Below are positions 1 to 10,711 of a stretch of 64,000 nt of DNA, piece by piece. Source of the stretch: Burkholderiales bacterium (GTDB lineage: Bacteria > Pseudomonadota > Gammaproteobacteria > Burkholderiales > SG8-39); the NCBI GenBank assembly GCA_035280025.1, contig DATEGT010000195.1, positions 698-64,697 on the forward strand, given 5' to 3'. Numbering within the stretch: the first letter of the stretch is position 1; each line of letters begins with the position of its first letter. The notes beneath the pieces were generated by a model. That model had not been told where the DNA came from. It ran no database searches and saw nothing but the letters and a program-made list of their open reading frames with translations. The position numbers and the translations under genes were made by a program.

Positions 1-214
1 CCCGCGCCGCCTTGGCCCGGGCCGCTTCCTTCAATTTCATCCTGCGAACCCTTTCCTTTTCCTTCGCCGCCCGCTTGCGTTCCAGCTCCAGAACCTTGCG
101 CTCCTTCGCGCGCCGGTTCTGCAGACGCAGCTTCTCGGCCGCCCGCGCTTTCTGAGCCTTGAGCTTGGCCATCGCCTTGGCCCTCGCCGCCTTAGCAAGC
201 TTCTGATTCGCCAT
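1..214 (-). CDS. partial CDS (N-terminus only, runs off the window): very basic Lys/Arg/Ala-rich, coiled-coil-like protein; occupies the position where rpoD usually follows dnaG
   Basis: ATG at 214 (minus) with GGAGAG about 10 nt upstream. Reads MANQKLAKAARAKAMAKLKAQKARAAEKLRLQNRRAKERKVLELERKRAAKEKERVRRMKLKEAARAKAAR and stays open to position 1. Absent from the ORF track because there is no stop in the window. Confidence 0.35.
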   Translation of the reverse strand, partial: MANQKLAKAARAKAMAKLKAQKARAAEKLRLQNRRAKERKVLELERKRAAKEKERVRRMKLKEAARAKAAR

Positions 215-248
215 GATTTCTCATCTCTCCGTGGCGCTGAAGGAAACC

Positions 249-2021
249 TTAGATTGTAGCATTTTTCGGCGTCACATCGCCTTTCCCCTTGAGCTCGCCG
301 AGCTGAACCAGAAGATCGCGCATTTCGACCTGCTCGGCGGTGGTCGGGTTGGCCTTTGCGGTCAACGCGTCGAGCCTGCTCTTTCTTCGCTCGACCTGCC
401 AATGGGCTACCACGCCGCGGAATTCAGGCTCCATATGGTCCGCTTCAAGCTTGGTTTCAAGTAGCGCGGCCTGGCCGGCGGCGAGCGCCGCGGCAAATTC
501 ACTGTCTTTGAAATGCTCGATGAGTTCCCCGCCTTGCGCCTGCGGGCTGTCCCGGCAGAACGCCGCGACCGCGATCAGCATCCGCCCCTCGAAGGACTTC
601 GCGTCCAGCATCGCCTCGGGCAGCTCTCCGGCAAGAGCGGGCTTCGCCAGCAGGCATTGAAGCAGTTTGTGCTCGCGCTTCCGCTGGGCGAGATGCGAAG
701 CGCGCTCGGCGCCCTGACGGGGGGCGGGTCTGGAGTCGTAGCCGCGCGAAACCCGAATCTCCATGATCCGGGCCGCATCCTCCTGGCTCACCTCCGCGGC
801 GTCGGCCAGCGCTCTCAGGAGCTGAAGGCGCAGTGCCGGCGCGGAAAGCTTCTGCAGCAGGGGTTTCGCTTCGTGCACGAGCCGAGAGCGTCCCTCTGCG
901 GTTGCCGTGTCCACGCGGCCCTTCAGCTCCTCCACAAGGAACTCCGAAAGCGGTCTCGCCTCTGCCAGCTTGCTTTCGAATACCTCGCTCCCCTGGTCGC
1001 GCACGAAGCTGTCGGGGTCGTGCTCGGCGGGGAGAAAGAGGAAACGGATCGCCTTGTTGTCGGCCACGTGGGGCAGGCTCACTTCTAGCGCGTGCCACGC
1101 CGCCTTGCGGCCCGCGGCGTCGCCGTCGAAGCAGAACACCACTTCGTCGGTCTGGCGCAGCAGCTTCTGCACGTGCGCCGGAGAAGTCGCCGTGCCGAGC
1201 GTGGCGACGGCGTACTCGACCCCGTGCTGGGCGAGCGCCACCACGTCCATGTACCCTTCGACGACCACCGCCCGGCCTGCGGTCCTGATCGCAGGCCGCG
1301 CCTGTGGCAGGCCGTAGAGCTCCCGCCCTTTTTCGAACAAAGGGGTCTCGGGCGAGTTGAGGTATTTGGGCTCGCCTTCGCCCAGAACCCGGCCGCCGAA
1401 CGCGATCACCGATCCGCGCTGGTCGAGGATGGGAAACATGATGCGGTCGCGAAAGCGGTCGTACCGCCGGCCGCCCTCCCCGTCGACCACGAGCCCCGCG
1501 TCCTTCAGCGTCTTGTCGAAGTAGTTCGGAAAGACGCGTTCGAGGTTCTGCCAGCCCTCCGGGGCATAACCGACGCCGAATCGGGCGGCGATCTTGCCGG
1601 TGAGCCCGCGGCCCTTGAGGTAGTCGACCGCTCGCGGAGAGGTCTTGAGCTGGTCGCGGTAAAAGTCGCAGGCACGCTCCAGGATCGCGTACAGGCCGGG
1701 CCCTGTTTCGGATTTCTTCTCGCGCGGCTCCAACTCGGGCATCTTCATGCCGACAGATTCGGCGAGATCCTTCACTGCGTCCACATAGCCCAGCCCCTGG
1801 TACTCCATGAGGAAAGAGATCGCGTTGCCGTGGGCTCCGCAGCCGAAGCAGTGGTAGAACTGCTTGGCAGGACTGACCGTGAACGACGGGGTCTTCTCGG
1901 AATGGAAAGGGCAGCAGGCTAGGTAGTTCGAGCCGCCCTTTTTAAGCGGAACATGACGCTCGATCACGTCGACGATGTCGACGCGATGGAGCAATTCTTG
2001 CTTGAAAGAATCGGAAATCAC
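249..2021 (-). CDS. dnaG: DNA primase
   Basis: 590 aa with a GTG start. Has the zinc-finger CCPFHSEKTPSF...HCFGCGAHG and TOPRIM motifs EGYMDV and FDGDAAG. Lies in an rpsU-yqeY-dnaG arrangement. Confidence 0.95.
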   Translation of the reverse strand: MISDSFKQELLHRVDIVDVIERHVPLKKGGSNYLACCPFHSEKTPSFTVSPAKQFYHCFGCGAHGNAISFLMEYQGLGYVDAVKDLAESVGMKMPELEPREKKSETGPGLYAILERACDFYRDQLKTSPRAVDYLKGRGLTGKIAARFGVGYAPEGWQNLERVFPNYFDKTLKDAGLVVDGEGGRRYDRFRDRIMFPILDQRGSVIAFGGRVLGEGEPKYLNSPETPLFEKGRELYGLPQARPAIRTAGRAVVVEGYMDVVALAQHGVEYAVATLGTATSPAHVQKLLRQTDEVVFCFDGDAAGRKAAWHALEVSLPHVADNKAIRFLFLPAEHDPDSFVRDQGSEVFESKLAEARPLSEFLVEELKGRVDTATAEGRSRLVHEAKPLLQKLSAPALRLQLLRALADAAEVSQEDAARIMEIRVSRGYDSRPAPRQGAERASHLAQRKREHKLLQCLLAKPALAGELPEAMLDAKSFEGRMLIAVAAFCRDSPQAQGGELIEHFKDSEFAAALAAGQAALLETKLEADHMEPEFRGVVAHWQVERRKSRLDALTAKANPTTAEQVEMRDLLVQLGELKGKGDVTPKNATI

Positions 2022-2148
2022 GTCGGAAACGCGGTACGAAGCGTCGCTCCGGCACGCGCACCCTGCAGAATGGGCCGTCCCGGCCCGCCCCTCCTCACCA
2101 TCTTCTCTTTATAAGCGAAATTTCCGGAAACGCAAGTCGCGGGCCGGA

Positions 2149-2595
2149 CTAGCCTGCGAGTTTCGCTTTCACCATCGCTGATACCTTTCCCAGGTCGGCG
2201 CGCCCTGCCAGTTTGCTCTTCAGCACCCCCATCACTTTGCCCATGTCTGCGACGCCCTTGGCGCCCGTCTGCGCAACCGCGGCGAAGACCTCCTGCGCGA
2301 TTTCGGCGTCCGTCATCTGTTTGGGCAGGTACCCCGACAGTAGGTTCAACTCGAAGGTCTCGACGTCGACCAGGTCCTTACGGTTGGCCGCCTGGAACTG
2401 GGCAATGGAGTCGCGGCGCTGCTTGATCATCTTCTCGATCACCGAGGCGATCTCGCCGTCGGAAAGCTCCTTGCGCTCGTCGATTTCTCGCTGCTTGATC
2501 GCGGCGAGAAGGAGGCGTATCGCGGAAAGGCGCTGCGCTTCTTTCGCCTTCATCGCGACCTTCATGTCGTCGGTAATCCTGGATTTCAGAGACAT
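2149..2595 (-). CDS. GatB/YqeY domain-containing protein
   Basis: Track ORF is 2149..2607. I moved the start to ATG 2595 (MSLKSRITDDMKVAMKAKEAQRLSAIRLLLAAIKQREID), which gives the usual ~148 aa YqeY-type protein. Confidence 0.8.
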   Translation of the reverse strand: MSLKSRITDDMKVAMKAKEAQRLSAIRLLLAAIKQREIDERKELSDGEIASVIEKMIKQRRDSIAQFQAANRKDLVDVETFELNLLSGYLPKQMTDAEIAQEVFAAVAQTGAKGVADMGKVMGVLKSKLAGRADLGKVSAMVKAKLAG

Positions 2596-2684
2596 GGGAG
2601 AGGGCAAATCCTGGCTCGGGCGTCACAGAAACGGAAAGGGCTGGACGGGTCTCCCGGTCCAGCCCTCCTTGCTCGCCTCGGCTC

Positions 2685-2897
2685 CTAGTAGAGCTTGGGG
2701 GGCAGGGTCTGGCTGCGCAGGCGCTTGTAGTGGCGCTTCACCGCGGCAGCGAGCTTTCTCTTGCGGTAAGCCGTGGGCTTCTCGTAGAACTCCCGGGCGC
2801 GCAACTCGGTCAGAAGCCCGGTTTTCTCCACGGTCCGCTTGAAGCGGCGCAGGGCGACCTCGAAAGGCTCGTTTTCCTTGACGCGTACGGTGGGCAT
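2685..2897 (-). CDS. rpsU: 30S ribosomal protein S21
   Basis: 70 aa, [42 protein letters not shown], a typical S21 sequence. Confidence 0.95.
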   Translation of the reverse strand: MPTVRVKENEPFEVALRRFKRTVEKTGLLTELRAREFYEKPTAYRKRKLAAAVKRHYKRLRSQTLPPKLY

Positions 2898-2954
2898 TCC
2901 GGTCCGTCTCTCAGGTGAAAGGACGCGGATTGTAGCAGAAACACACAGCCGGGG

Positions 2955-5900
2955 TCATGACGGCCTGGCGGCCCGCGGCCAGCGCGGACCGCCGAGACGC
3001 TGGAACACGAGGTACAGGGTCGGAAGCACCACCAGGGTGAGGAGGGTGGCGGTCACCAGCCCCCCGATCACCACCACCGCGAGAGGCCTTTGGGTCTCCG
3101 AGCCTATCCCCGTCGAGATTGCCATGGGCAAGAGGCCGAGCGCGGCGAGGAGGCCCGTCATCAGCACCGTGCGCATGCGCGCCAGCGACCCACGCATCAC
3201 GGCTTCCTCGGGGGAGGCGCCGGCTTCCCGCAGCTGGTTGAAGTAGGTCACCATGACGACGCCGTTCAGGACCGCCTGTCCGAACAAGGCGATGAAGCCG
3301 ATGGCGGCAGACACCGACAGCGGAATGCCGGTGATGAGCAGGGCAAAGATGCCTCCGATCAGCGCGAACGGGATATTGAACAATATGAGCAAGGCGCTGC
3401 GGATCGATCCGAAGGCGTCGAACAGCAGGATGAAAATGAGCAACACGGACACCGGCACGATGATGGCGAGCCGCGCCATGGCTCGCTCCTGATTCTCGAA
3501 CTCGCCAGACCAGGTGACGCTGTAGCCCGGCGGGAGCTTCACCGCCTTGGCGACCCGCTCCTTCATGTCGGCGACGACGCTGCCCATGTCGCGGTCGGCG
3601 ATGAAGATGCCGATCGAATACACACGGACGCCGTTCTCGCGCGCGATGTTCATCGCCCCGCCGATGGTACTGAATTGAGCCACCTGAGCGAGCGGCACGT
3701 AGGCCCCGGAAGGCGTGCTCACGGTGATCGAGCGCAGGTTCGCGATGTTGCGCTCGGCTTCCTTCAAGCGCACGGTGACCGCGAAGTGGCGCTCGCCCTC
3801 CCACAGCTGCGTCGCGGGCTTCCCGCCGAGGACCATTTCGATGACGTCCTGGATGTCGGCGACGTTCAGGCCGTAGCGCGCCGCCGCCTCGCGGTCGACG
3901 CGGATGAGCAGCTGCGGCAGCTCGCCCAGGCGGTCGATGAAGGCGCGCTTCACCCCCTGGACGTCCTTCACCGCAGCCAGCACTTGCTGGGCCTGATCGC
4001 GCAGCACGTCGAGGTCTTCGCCGAACACCTTGATCACTATCTGCCCATCGATCTGCGAGATCGATTCGAGGACATTGTCGCGTATCGGCTGCGAGAAGCT
4101 CGGCTCGATGCCGGGGAAGCGCGACATCGCGCGGTCCATGTCGTCGATGATGCGACGCTTGCCTACGCCCTGGCGCCACATGGATTCGGGCTTGAGAGTC
4201 ACGAGAATCTCGCTCATGTTGATCAGCTTCGGATCGGTTCCGTCTTCGGGCCTGCCCGACTTGGATATGACGCTCTCGACCTCGGGAATCGTCGCGATCG
4301 CAGCGCGGAACTTGGCCGTCATCGATTGCGCTTCGGTGACCGAGACGGACGAGGGCAGGGTTACGTTGATCCAGATCGAGCCCTCGTTCAGCTCGGGAAG
4401 AAACTCGGTGCCGAGCTTCGGCGCGACGGCGAGGCTGGCCGCCAGCACGGCCAGTGCGATGCCGATGACCGCCTTCTTGCTGCGGATCGCCCACGCAAGA
4501 GCGGGCTCGTATACGCCCCGGCACGCGTGCACCAGCGCGTTTTCGCGTTCAGGGAGGTTCTTTCGCAGCATCCAAAGGCACAGCAGGGGCACTACCGTCA
4601 GCGACAGGATGAGCGAGCCCACCAGCGCGGAGGTCACCGACCAGGCCATGGGGGCGAAGATCCGTCCCTCGTGGCGCTGCAAGGTGAAGATCGGGATATG
4701 AGCGGCAATGATGATGAGCATCGAGAAGAGCGTCGGCCGGCCGACCTCGACCGTCGCGTCGAGTATCTTTTGCAGGCGGGGCGTGCGGTCGTGCGTTCGC
4801 TCGGTCAGCCTGCGAAACACGTTTTCGACCACGATCACCGCGCCGTCTACGATGATGCCGAAGTCCATCGCGCCCAGCGACAGCAGGTTCGCCGGTATCC
4901 CCACCCCGGTGAGGCCGAGAAAGGTCGCGAGCAGCGAAAGAGGTATCACCAGCGCCACGATGAAGGCCGCGCGCAGGTTGCCGAGAAACAGCAGCAGAAC
5001 TAGCGTCACGAGGGTCGCGCCTTCGACGAGGTTGGTAAACACCGTCTTCAGCGTCCGGTCTATCAGCCACGTGCGGTCGTAGAACGAAACGATCTTCACG
5101 TCCCTGGGAAGGACCGAAGCGTTTAGGACCTCGACCTTGTCCTTCACCGCCTTGAGCACCTGCGAGGGGTTCTCCCCTTTGCGCATCAGCACGATCCCGG
5201 TCACGATGTCGTCGTCCTCGTCCTGCCCGACGATGCCTTGGCGCGGAACTGCGCCGACCGTCACTTGGGCGACGTTGCTGACGAGAATGGGCACTCCGTT
5301 TCGCTCCGTGACGACGACGTTGCCGATCTCGTCCGGCGTGCGCAGCAGACCGATGCCCCGGATGAGATACTGCTGTCGGCCCTGCTCGAGGTAGCTTCCT
5401 CCGACGTTGGCGTTGCCGCGCTGCAGGGCCGAGAAGAGCTGCTGGAGCGTCACCTTGTAGTCGCGAAGCTTTCCGAGATCGGGATTCACCTCGTATTGCT
5501 TGATCAGCCCCCCGAAGCTGACGATGTCGGCGACGCCCGGGATGAGCCGGAGCTGCCGCTCGACGACCCAGTCTTCGATCGAGCGCAGCTCCCTCGGGCC
5601 GAGAGAATCGGATTTCAGTCGATAGCGGTAGATCTCGCCGATCGGAGTCGACAGCGGCGCGAGCGCGGGGTGCGCCCCGTCGGGCAGGTCGACTTCGCGC
5701 AGGCGCTCGACCACCTGCTGGCGGGCGAAATAGGCGTTGGCACGATCGTCGAACGTGATGATGATGAAAGACAGGCCGAACTGGGTGTGGGAGAACATCC
5801 GCACGGCATTCGGCAATCCCGACAGCGCCACTTCGAGCGGGACCGTGACCTGCTTTTCGACTTCTTCCGGGGCGCGTCCCGGATAGAGCGTGATGACGTT

Positions 5901-6041
5901 GACCTGCGTGTCGGTTACGTCGGGAAAGGCCTCGATGGGCAGCGCCTTGAAGGCCGCGAACCCGCCGGCGACGAAAAGCAGGGTCCCCAGAACGATGAAC
6001 AGCGGCTTTTGAAGCGCGAACGCGACGATCCGTCTGATCAT
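2955..6041 (-). CDS. czcA: heavy-metal efflux RND transporter, CusA/CzcA family
   Basis: 1028 aa with a 12-TM RND layout and two large periplasmic loops. N-terminus is MIRRIVAFALQKPLFIVLGTLLF...AFPDVTDTQVNV. Sits directly downstream of adaptor and outer-membrane-factor genes. Confidence 0.9.
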   Translation of the reverse strand: MIRRIVAFALQKPLFIVLGTLLFVAGGFAAFKALPIEAFPDVTDTQVNVITLYPGRAPEEVEKQVTVPLEVALSGLPNAVRMFSHTQFGLSFIIITFDDRANAYFARQQVVERLREVDLPDGAHPALAPLSTPIGEIYRYRLKSDSLGPRELRSIEDWVVERQLRLIPGVADIVSFGGLIKQYEVNPDLGKLRDYKVTLQQLFSALQRGNANVGGSYLEQGRQQYLIRGIGLLRTPDEIGNVVVTERNGVPILVSNVAQVTVGAVPRQGIVGQDEDDDIVTGIVLMRKGENPSQVLKAVKDKVEVLNASVLPRDVKIVSFYDRTWLIDRTLKTVFTNLVEGATLVTLVLLLFLGNLRAAFIVALVIPLSLLATFLGLTGVGIPANLLSLGAMDFGIIVDGAVIVVENVFRRLTERTHDRTPRLQKILDATVEVGRPTLFSMLIIIAAHIPIFTLQRHEGRIFAPMAWSVTSALVGSLILSLTVVPLLCLWMLRKNLPERENALVHACRGVYEPALAWAIRSKKAVIGIALAVLAASLAVAPKLGTEFLPELNEGSIWINVTLPSSVSVTEAQSMTAKFRAAIATIPEVESVISKSGRPEDGTDPKLINMSEILVTLKPESMWRQGVGKRRIIDDMDRAMSRFPGIEPSFSQPIRDNVLESISQIDGQIVIKVFGEDLDVLRDQAQQVLAAVKDVQGVKRAFIDRLGELPQLLIRVDREAAARYGLNVADIQDVIEMVLGGKPATQLWEGERHFAVTVRLKEAERNIANLRSITVSTPSGAYVPLAQVAQFSTIGGAMNIARENGVRVYSIGIFIADRDMGSVVADMKERVAKAVKLPPGYSVTWSGEFENQERAMARLAIIVPVSVLLIFILLFDAFGSIRSALLILFNIPFALIGGIFALLITGIPLSVSAAIGFIALFGQAVLNGVVMVTYFNQLREAGASPEEAVMRGSLARMRTVLMTGLLAALGLLPMAISTGIGSETQRPLAVVVIGGLVTATLLTLVVLPTLYLVFQRLGGPRWPRAARPS

Positions 6042-6057
6042 CGGAACCGCCGCTCCT

Positions 6058-7215
6058 TCAGGCGGGCGTGCCGCCGCTCAGCTGGCGATGGAGCCGGTGC
6101 AGGAAAAGATTGCCCTCGACGACCACTCTCTGGCCGAGCTTCAGGCCCGAGCTGACGCTCGCAGCGCCGTCGCGGACGCCGTCGATCCTCACTTCCCGGC
6201 GCAAATAGCGGCCGGGCTTCTCCTCGACGAAAACGAAATAGTTGTCCCCGGCCAGGAGCAGGGCCCTCTCGGGGATCTGCAGATCGGCGCCCCGCGATTC
6301 CTGGATCTCGGCGGTGACGAACATCTCGCCTTTCAGCATGCGCTCGCGGTTTTCCACCGATCCGCGCACTTTCACCGTCCGGCTAGCGGGATCGATGAAA
6401 TCGGAAACGTTCTCGATGGTGGCGGTAAAGGCCTGGTCGGGCCATGCAGCCGAGCGCAGCTGTATCTTCTTTCCCGGTCCGAGGCTGGCGAGCTGGCTCT
6501 CGGCCGCGTCGAGCTGCACCCACAGGCGCGTGGGGTCGGTGATGACGAACATCGCGGGTGTGTTCGCGAGCTGGAGATCGGGGCGCAGCTCCTGCCCCGG
6601 GTTGATGTTCCGCTCGACGACCACGCCCCCGATCGGGCTCGTCAAGAAGAAGTTCTGGTCCACCGAGTCGGTGCTCGCGCCGTAGAGCTTTATCTTGCTC
6701 GTCGCGCGCGCGAGCTCCGCATCCGCTCGCGCGTAGTCCGCCTCCGCCGTAGCGAGATCCTTGCGCGACGAGACTCCCGCGGCGTGCAGCTCGCGCAGGC
6801 GGTTGAGGTTCTTTTCCGCCAGCGCGAAGTCGGATTGCGCCCGGCGCGCGTCGGCCTGCGCCTGTCCGAAATCCGGGGAAGCGAGCTTGGCGAGCGCCTG
6901 GCCCCGCGTCACCCGCTCGCCGGCCTTCACGAGGATCTGCAGCACGCGTCCGGCGAACGGCGGATAGAGGCGAACGGTGCGGTTCTCGTCCCAGACGAGG
7001 CGCCCGGTCAGGCGCAGCCGCAGAGGCCCGCTTTGCTTGACTGCGTCCGTCGCGAACGACGCCACCTGGGGGCTGCCCTCGGGGAACACGATCATCCCGT
7101 TTTCAAGCCGCGGCCTCGCGATATCGGGCTTCGCGTCCCCGTCACCGCATCCCCATGTCAGAGATACCGTGCCAAGGGCGATCGTCAACAGCGCGGCTCG
7201 CCGCCAGCTCTTCAT
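6058..7215 (-). CDS. czcB: efflux RND periplasmic adaptor subunit (CzcB-like)
   Basis: Start chosen at ATG 7215 (MKSWRRAALLTIALGTVSLTWGC signal/lipobox, SD GGGGAGGG). Has the HlyD-type coiled-coil hairpin and beta-barrel pattern. The track's longer start at 7305 would overlap czcC. Confidence 0.8.
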   Translation of the reverse strand: MKSWRRAALLTIALGTVSLTWGCGDGDAKPDIARPRLENGMIVFPEGSPQVASFATDAVKQSGPLRLRLTGRLVWDENRTVRLYPPFAGRVLQILVKAGERVTRGQALAKLASPDFGQAQADARRAQSDFALAEKNLNRLRELHAAGVSSRKDLATAEADYARADAELARATSKIKLYGASTDSVDQNFFLTSPIGGVVVERNINPGQELRPDLQLANTPAMFVITDPTRLWVQLDAAESQLASLGPGKKIQLRSAAWPDQAFTATIENVSDFIDPASRTVKVRGSVENRERMLKGEMFVTAEIQESRGADLQIPERALLLAGDNYFVFVEEKPGRYLRREVRIDGVRDGAASVSSGLKLGQRVVVEGNLFLHRLHRQLSGGTPA

Positions 7216-7243
7216 GCCCTCCCCCTCGCCGATGCGCGCCGCG

Positions 7244-8551
7244 TCATTTGGCTTCTTCGTCCAGACGCCCGATTCCGGCCTGCCACGCAGCGAGCGCTTT
7301 CGCATGATCGTTTCTTGCCGACGCGGCGTCGATCTGGATCGCGCGCAGCGTGCGGCGCGCGTCCAGCAGGTCCATTACCCCGATCGCGCCGTTCTTGTAG
7401 GCGAACTCCGCGGAGTCCGCGGCCCTCCTCGCCTCGACCAGGAGGGATTCTTCGAAGCGCTGCAGGCGCTCCGCGGTGGATTGCAGATCCGAGAACGCCC
7501 GTGCGATCTCGGTACGCGCCTGCGCGCGGACCCTTTCGAGCGCCTCCATCGCCGCCCCGTAGTCGACTTCCGACCGCCGGATCTCGCCCTCGTAGTAGTA
7601 GCGCGCGAACAGCGGGACACTCACGAACACGCCGTAACTGCTGCCGTTGCCCGCGCCACTGCCCATTGCGTACGAGGGATTGATTGGATAGTGGTCGTAC
7701 GACATCCCTACCGAAACATCGCGGGTGCGGAGGCTTCGCGCCAGATCACGAGCGTTCTGGGCCGCTTCGAAACGACTCTTTGCGGCGCGCACGTCGGGAC
7801 GCGTCTCGATCAGGTCATCGACGGACCCGCCCGGGCGTCCGGAGTAGATGGACGGCCATGCGTCGACCGCCCGAATCCCGATCGCTCTTGCCTCCGCCCC
7901 GATCATATAGGCGAGCGCGAGTTGGGCGCGGCGCTGATCCGCCTCCGCCGCGCGCGCGTCGTTTTGCGCGCGCAAGGCATCGACGCGCAGGCGCGCAACG
8001 TCGGCCACCGCGATGTCGCCGGCCTTGAGGCGCAGCTCAGCCGCGCGCACCGAGCCTTCGAACAGTGCGATGGTGTCGCGCCCGATATCGACCTTGTCCT
8101 GCGCGAAAAGCAGATCGTAGTAGGCGTATCGGAGCGCGAGGCGCTGCTGCCGCTGCGCGTCCGAAAGGTCTTCGTTGCTCGCCGACTCCAGGCTTCTCGC
8201 GTTCGCAAGGCGCAGCTCGCGGCGATCGCCGCGCTCGATCACCTGATCGATGCGCACCGAGCTGTCCAAAAGCTTGTCGCGCAGCGGACCCGCGCCGACT
8301 CCCTGGGCGGGGTTGATCGCGCTCACGCCGAGGCTTAAGGTTGGGTTCGGGCGGGCGCCCGCCGAGAGCGTATTGGCTCCCGCCGCCTCGACGGCGCGCC
8401 GGGCGGCCTGAAGCTCGCGATTTCGCGTCTGCAATAGCTCCTCGGCCTGCGGGAGCGTCAGCGCCGTGAGATCGACCGACTGACCGAGCGCGGCGAAAGG
8501 CTGCGCGAGCGCGAGACCGACGAGTGCTCCGCGTAAGTTGAGCCTGGACAT
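7244..8551 (-). CDS. czcC: outer-membrane efflux protein (CzcC/TolC family)
   Basis: 435 aa with signal peptide [23 protein letters not shown]. Alpha-helical repeat sequence of OEP type. First gene of the czcCBA-type operon. Confidence 0.8.
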   Translation of the reverse strand: MSRLNLRGALVGLALAQPFAALGQSVDLTALTLPQAEELLQTRNRELQAARRAVEAAGANTLSAGARPNPTLSLGVSAINPAQGVGAGPLRDKLLDSSVRIDQVIERGDRRELRLANARSLESASNEDLSDAQRQQRLALRYAYYDLLFAQDKVDIGRDTIALFEGSVRAAELRLKAGDIAVADVARLRVDALRAQNDARAAEADQRRAQLALAYMIGAEARAIGIRAVDAWPSIYSGRPGGSVDDLIETRPDVRAAKSRFEAAQNARDLARSLRTRDVSVGMSYDHYPINPSYAMGSGAGNGSSYGVFVSVPLFARYYYEGEIRRSEVDYGAAMEALERVRAQARTEIARAFSDLQSTAERLQRFEESLLVEARRAADSAEFAYKNGAIGVMDLLDARRTLRAIQIDAASARNDHAKALAAWQAGIGRLDEEAK

Positions 8552-8622
8552 GGGGAGCCGAATTCTATTTAAATGTGCCTGACAACGGACTGACGGAACT
8601 TCACGAAAAAGGCCGGGAAATC

Positions 8623-9663
8623 ATGCTGGTGCTGGGCATTGAGACCTCTTGCGACGAGACCGGGGCGGCCATTTACGACGACGACGGCGAGCGCGGCCTG
8701 CTCGCGCACGCGCTTCACTCGCAGGCAGCACTGCACGATCAATACGGCGGCGTAGTGCCGGAGCTCGCGTCGCGGGATCACATCCGGCGCGTGCTTCCCC
8801 TGGTGCGCGCGGTCATGCAGCAGGGCGGCGTGGGACCGTCGGACCTCGATGCAGTCGCGTTCACCCAGGGCCCGGGACTCGCCGGAGCGCTTCTCGTCGG
8901 CGCGGCTTTTGCGAACAGCTTGGCGTTCGGCCTGGGTATTCCGGCGATAGGCGTGCACCATCTCGAAGGGCACCTGCTCTCGCCTCTGCTGGAGGACGAT
9001 CCGCCGCCGTTTCCCTTCGTCTCGCTCCTCGTGTCCGGCGGGCACACTCAGCTCATGAGGGTCGACGGACTCGGCAGCTACGAGCTGCTCGGAGAAACGC
9101 TCGACGACGCCGCAGGAGAGGCTTTCGACAAAACCGCGAAATTGCTCGGCCTGGGCTATCCGGGCGGGCCCGCGCTCGCGAGGCTCGCCGAGCGCGGCAG
9201 GCACGACCGCTTCGCCTTTCCCCGTCCCATGCTCGGCCGTCTGCAGACGAGCGGCGATCTGGATTTCAGCTTCAGCGGTTTGAAGACCGCGGTCGTGACT
9301 CTGCTCCGTAAGCAGGCGATCGACGAGCCGCTGCGGGCCGACGTTGCCGCCGCGTTCCAGGAGGCCGTGGTCGACGTCCTCGTCGAGAAATCGCGCGCCG
9401 CGATCGAACGCACCGGCTTGGACCGGCTGGTCGTGGCCGGAGGCGTAGGCGCCAATACGCGCCTTCGGACTCTGCTCGACGCCGCCGCGCGGCGCGACGG
9501 ATTCGCCGTCTATTATCCGGCCATGGAGTTCTGCACCGACAACGGTGCGATGATTGCCCTCGCCGGGGCGATGAGGCTGCGGACGCGCCCTTCGAGGGAA
9601 GCGACCTACGACCTCGGAATCCGTCCGCGCTGGGACTTGGCCGCCGCCGATCCGGCGACCTAG
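8623..9663 (+). CDS. tsaD: tRNA N6-adenosine threonylcarbamoyltransferase
   Basis: Start moved to ATG 8623 ([19 protein letters not shown]...). HHLEGH metal-binding motif is present. Confidence 0.95.
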   Translation: MLVLGIETSCDETGAAIYDDDGERGLLAHALHSQAALHDQYGGVVPELASRDHIRRVLPLVRAVMQQGGVGPSDLDAVAFTQGPGLAGALLVGAAFANSLAFGLGIPAIGVHHLEGHLLSPLLEDDPPPFPFVSLLVSGGHTQLMRVDGLGSYELLGETLDDAAGEAFDKTAKLLGLGYPGGPALARLAERGRHDRFAFPRPMLGRLQTSGDLDFSFSGLKTAVVTLLRKQAIDEPLRADVAAAFQEAVVDVLVEKSRAAIERTGLDRLVVAGGVGANTRLRTLLDAAARRDGFAVYYPAMEFCTDNGAMIALAGAMRLRTRPSREATYDLGIRPRWDLAAADPAT

Positions 9664-10307
9664 CTCCCCTCCGCGCTCGCCGAATCCACGGGCCCCGGGG
9701 CCGGATTCTCCCTTTCGCCGATCTTGCGCTCCCTTCCGGCAGCGAGGCTGCGGATGTTGCTTTGGTGGCGCCACACCGTGGCCACCGCGATGAAGATCAG
9801 GGCCGGCACCGCGCCCTGCGGCATGGACATGAACAGCGCGTATGCCGGCGCGCCCGTCGCCGCCACGATCGACGCAAGCGAGGCATAGCGGGAGATCCAA
9901 GCGACGGCGATCCACGTCGCCAGCGTCGCCAGGCCCAGCCAAGGATCGAGTGCGAGCAGCGCTCCGCCCGCGGTAGCCACGCCCTTTCCCCCCTTGAAGC
10001 CTAGGAACAGCGGGAACAGATGACCCAGGAACACGGCGACCGCGCATCCCGCGACCGTGATCCCGCCCGCGCCGTAGCCGGCGGCGTACCGCGCCGCTAG
10101 GAACACGGCCAGCCAGCCCTTTCCGCCGTCACCCGCGAGCGTTAGCAGCGCAGCGAGCTTCCTGCCGGTCCGAAGCACGTTGGTCGCCCCCGGATTTCCG
10201 GAGCCGTACGAGCGCGGATCCGGCATGCCGAGAGCGCGGCTCACGATCACCGCGAATGAAAGCGACCCTATGAGATAAGCACAGAAAATAAATGCTGCGG
10301 CGGCCAT
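9660..10307 (-). CDS. plsY: glycerol-3-phosphate acyltransferase PlsY
   Basis: 215-aa polytopic membrane protein with [15 protein letters not shown] and FKGGKGVAT motifs. Confidence 0.9.
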   Translation of the reverse strand: MAAAAFIFCAYLIGSLSFAVIVSRALGMPDPRSYGSGNPGATNVLRTGRKLAALLTLAGDGGKGWLAVFLAARYAAGYGAGGITVAGCAVAVFLGHLFPLFLGFKGGKGVATAGGALLALDPWLGLATLATWIAVAWISRYASLASIVAATGAPAYALFMSMPQGAVPALIFIAVATVWRHQSNIRSLAAGRERKIGERENPAPGPVDSASAEGS

Positions 10308-10353
10308 GGCCTTACTCTAGAATCCGCGACGAGAGTTTACGCGAAAGTGCGCT

Positions 10354-10710
10354 TTGGATGCCGTCTTCATCCGCCAGTTGCGCCTGCAAGCTTGGATCGG
10401 GCTGTACCGCCACGAGAAAATCGCGCCGCAGACGATTGAAATCGACCTCGAAATAGCCCTGCCGTCCGACAGCAGCGTGTTCAGGACCGGAAAGGTCGCG
10501 GACACGATCGACTACGGCGTAGTCGTCGAGCATGTCCGCGCTCTTCTCTCGAAGGAGCGTTTCGGCCTGGTGGAGAACCTGGCCGAGCGCGTCGCCGAAT
10601 CGATACTCGAGGAGTTCGGCTCGCCGCGCGTCAAGGTGAACGTCGCCAAGCTCGGGGTGCTGCGCGACGCGAAGCAGGTTGGAGTCAGCATCGAGCGCCA
10701 CGGGAGTTGA
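10354..10710 (+). CDS. folB: dihydroneopterin aldolase
   Basis: 118 aa with a TTG start. Reads DAVFIRQLRLQAWIGLYRHEKIAPQTIEIDLE...DYGVVVEHV, a FolB-type pattern. Confidence 0.8.
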   Translation: MDAVFIRQLRLQAWIGLYRHEKIAPQTIEIDLEIALPSDSSVFRTGKVADTIDYGVVVEHVRALLSKERFGLVENLAERVAESILEEFGSPRVKVNVAKLGVLRDAKQVGVSIERHGS

Positions 10711-10711
10711 C

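Noticed and set aside
2955-8551. czcCBA operon as a horizontally acquired metal-resistance island
   Set aside because: No flanking mobile genes, regulators (czcRS/czcD) or compositional shift are visible. It appears to be an ordinary chromosomal RND operon.
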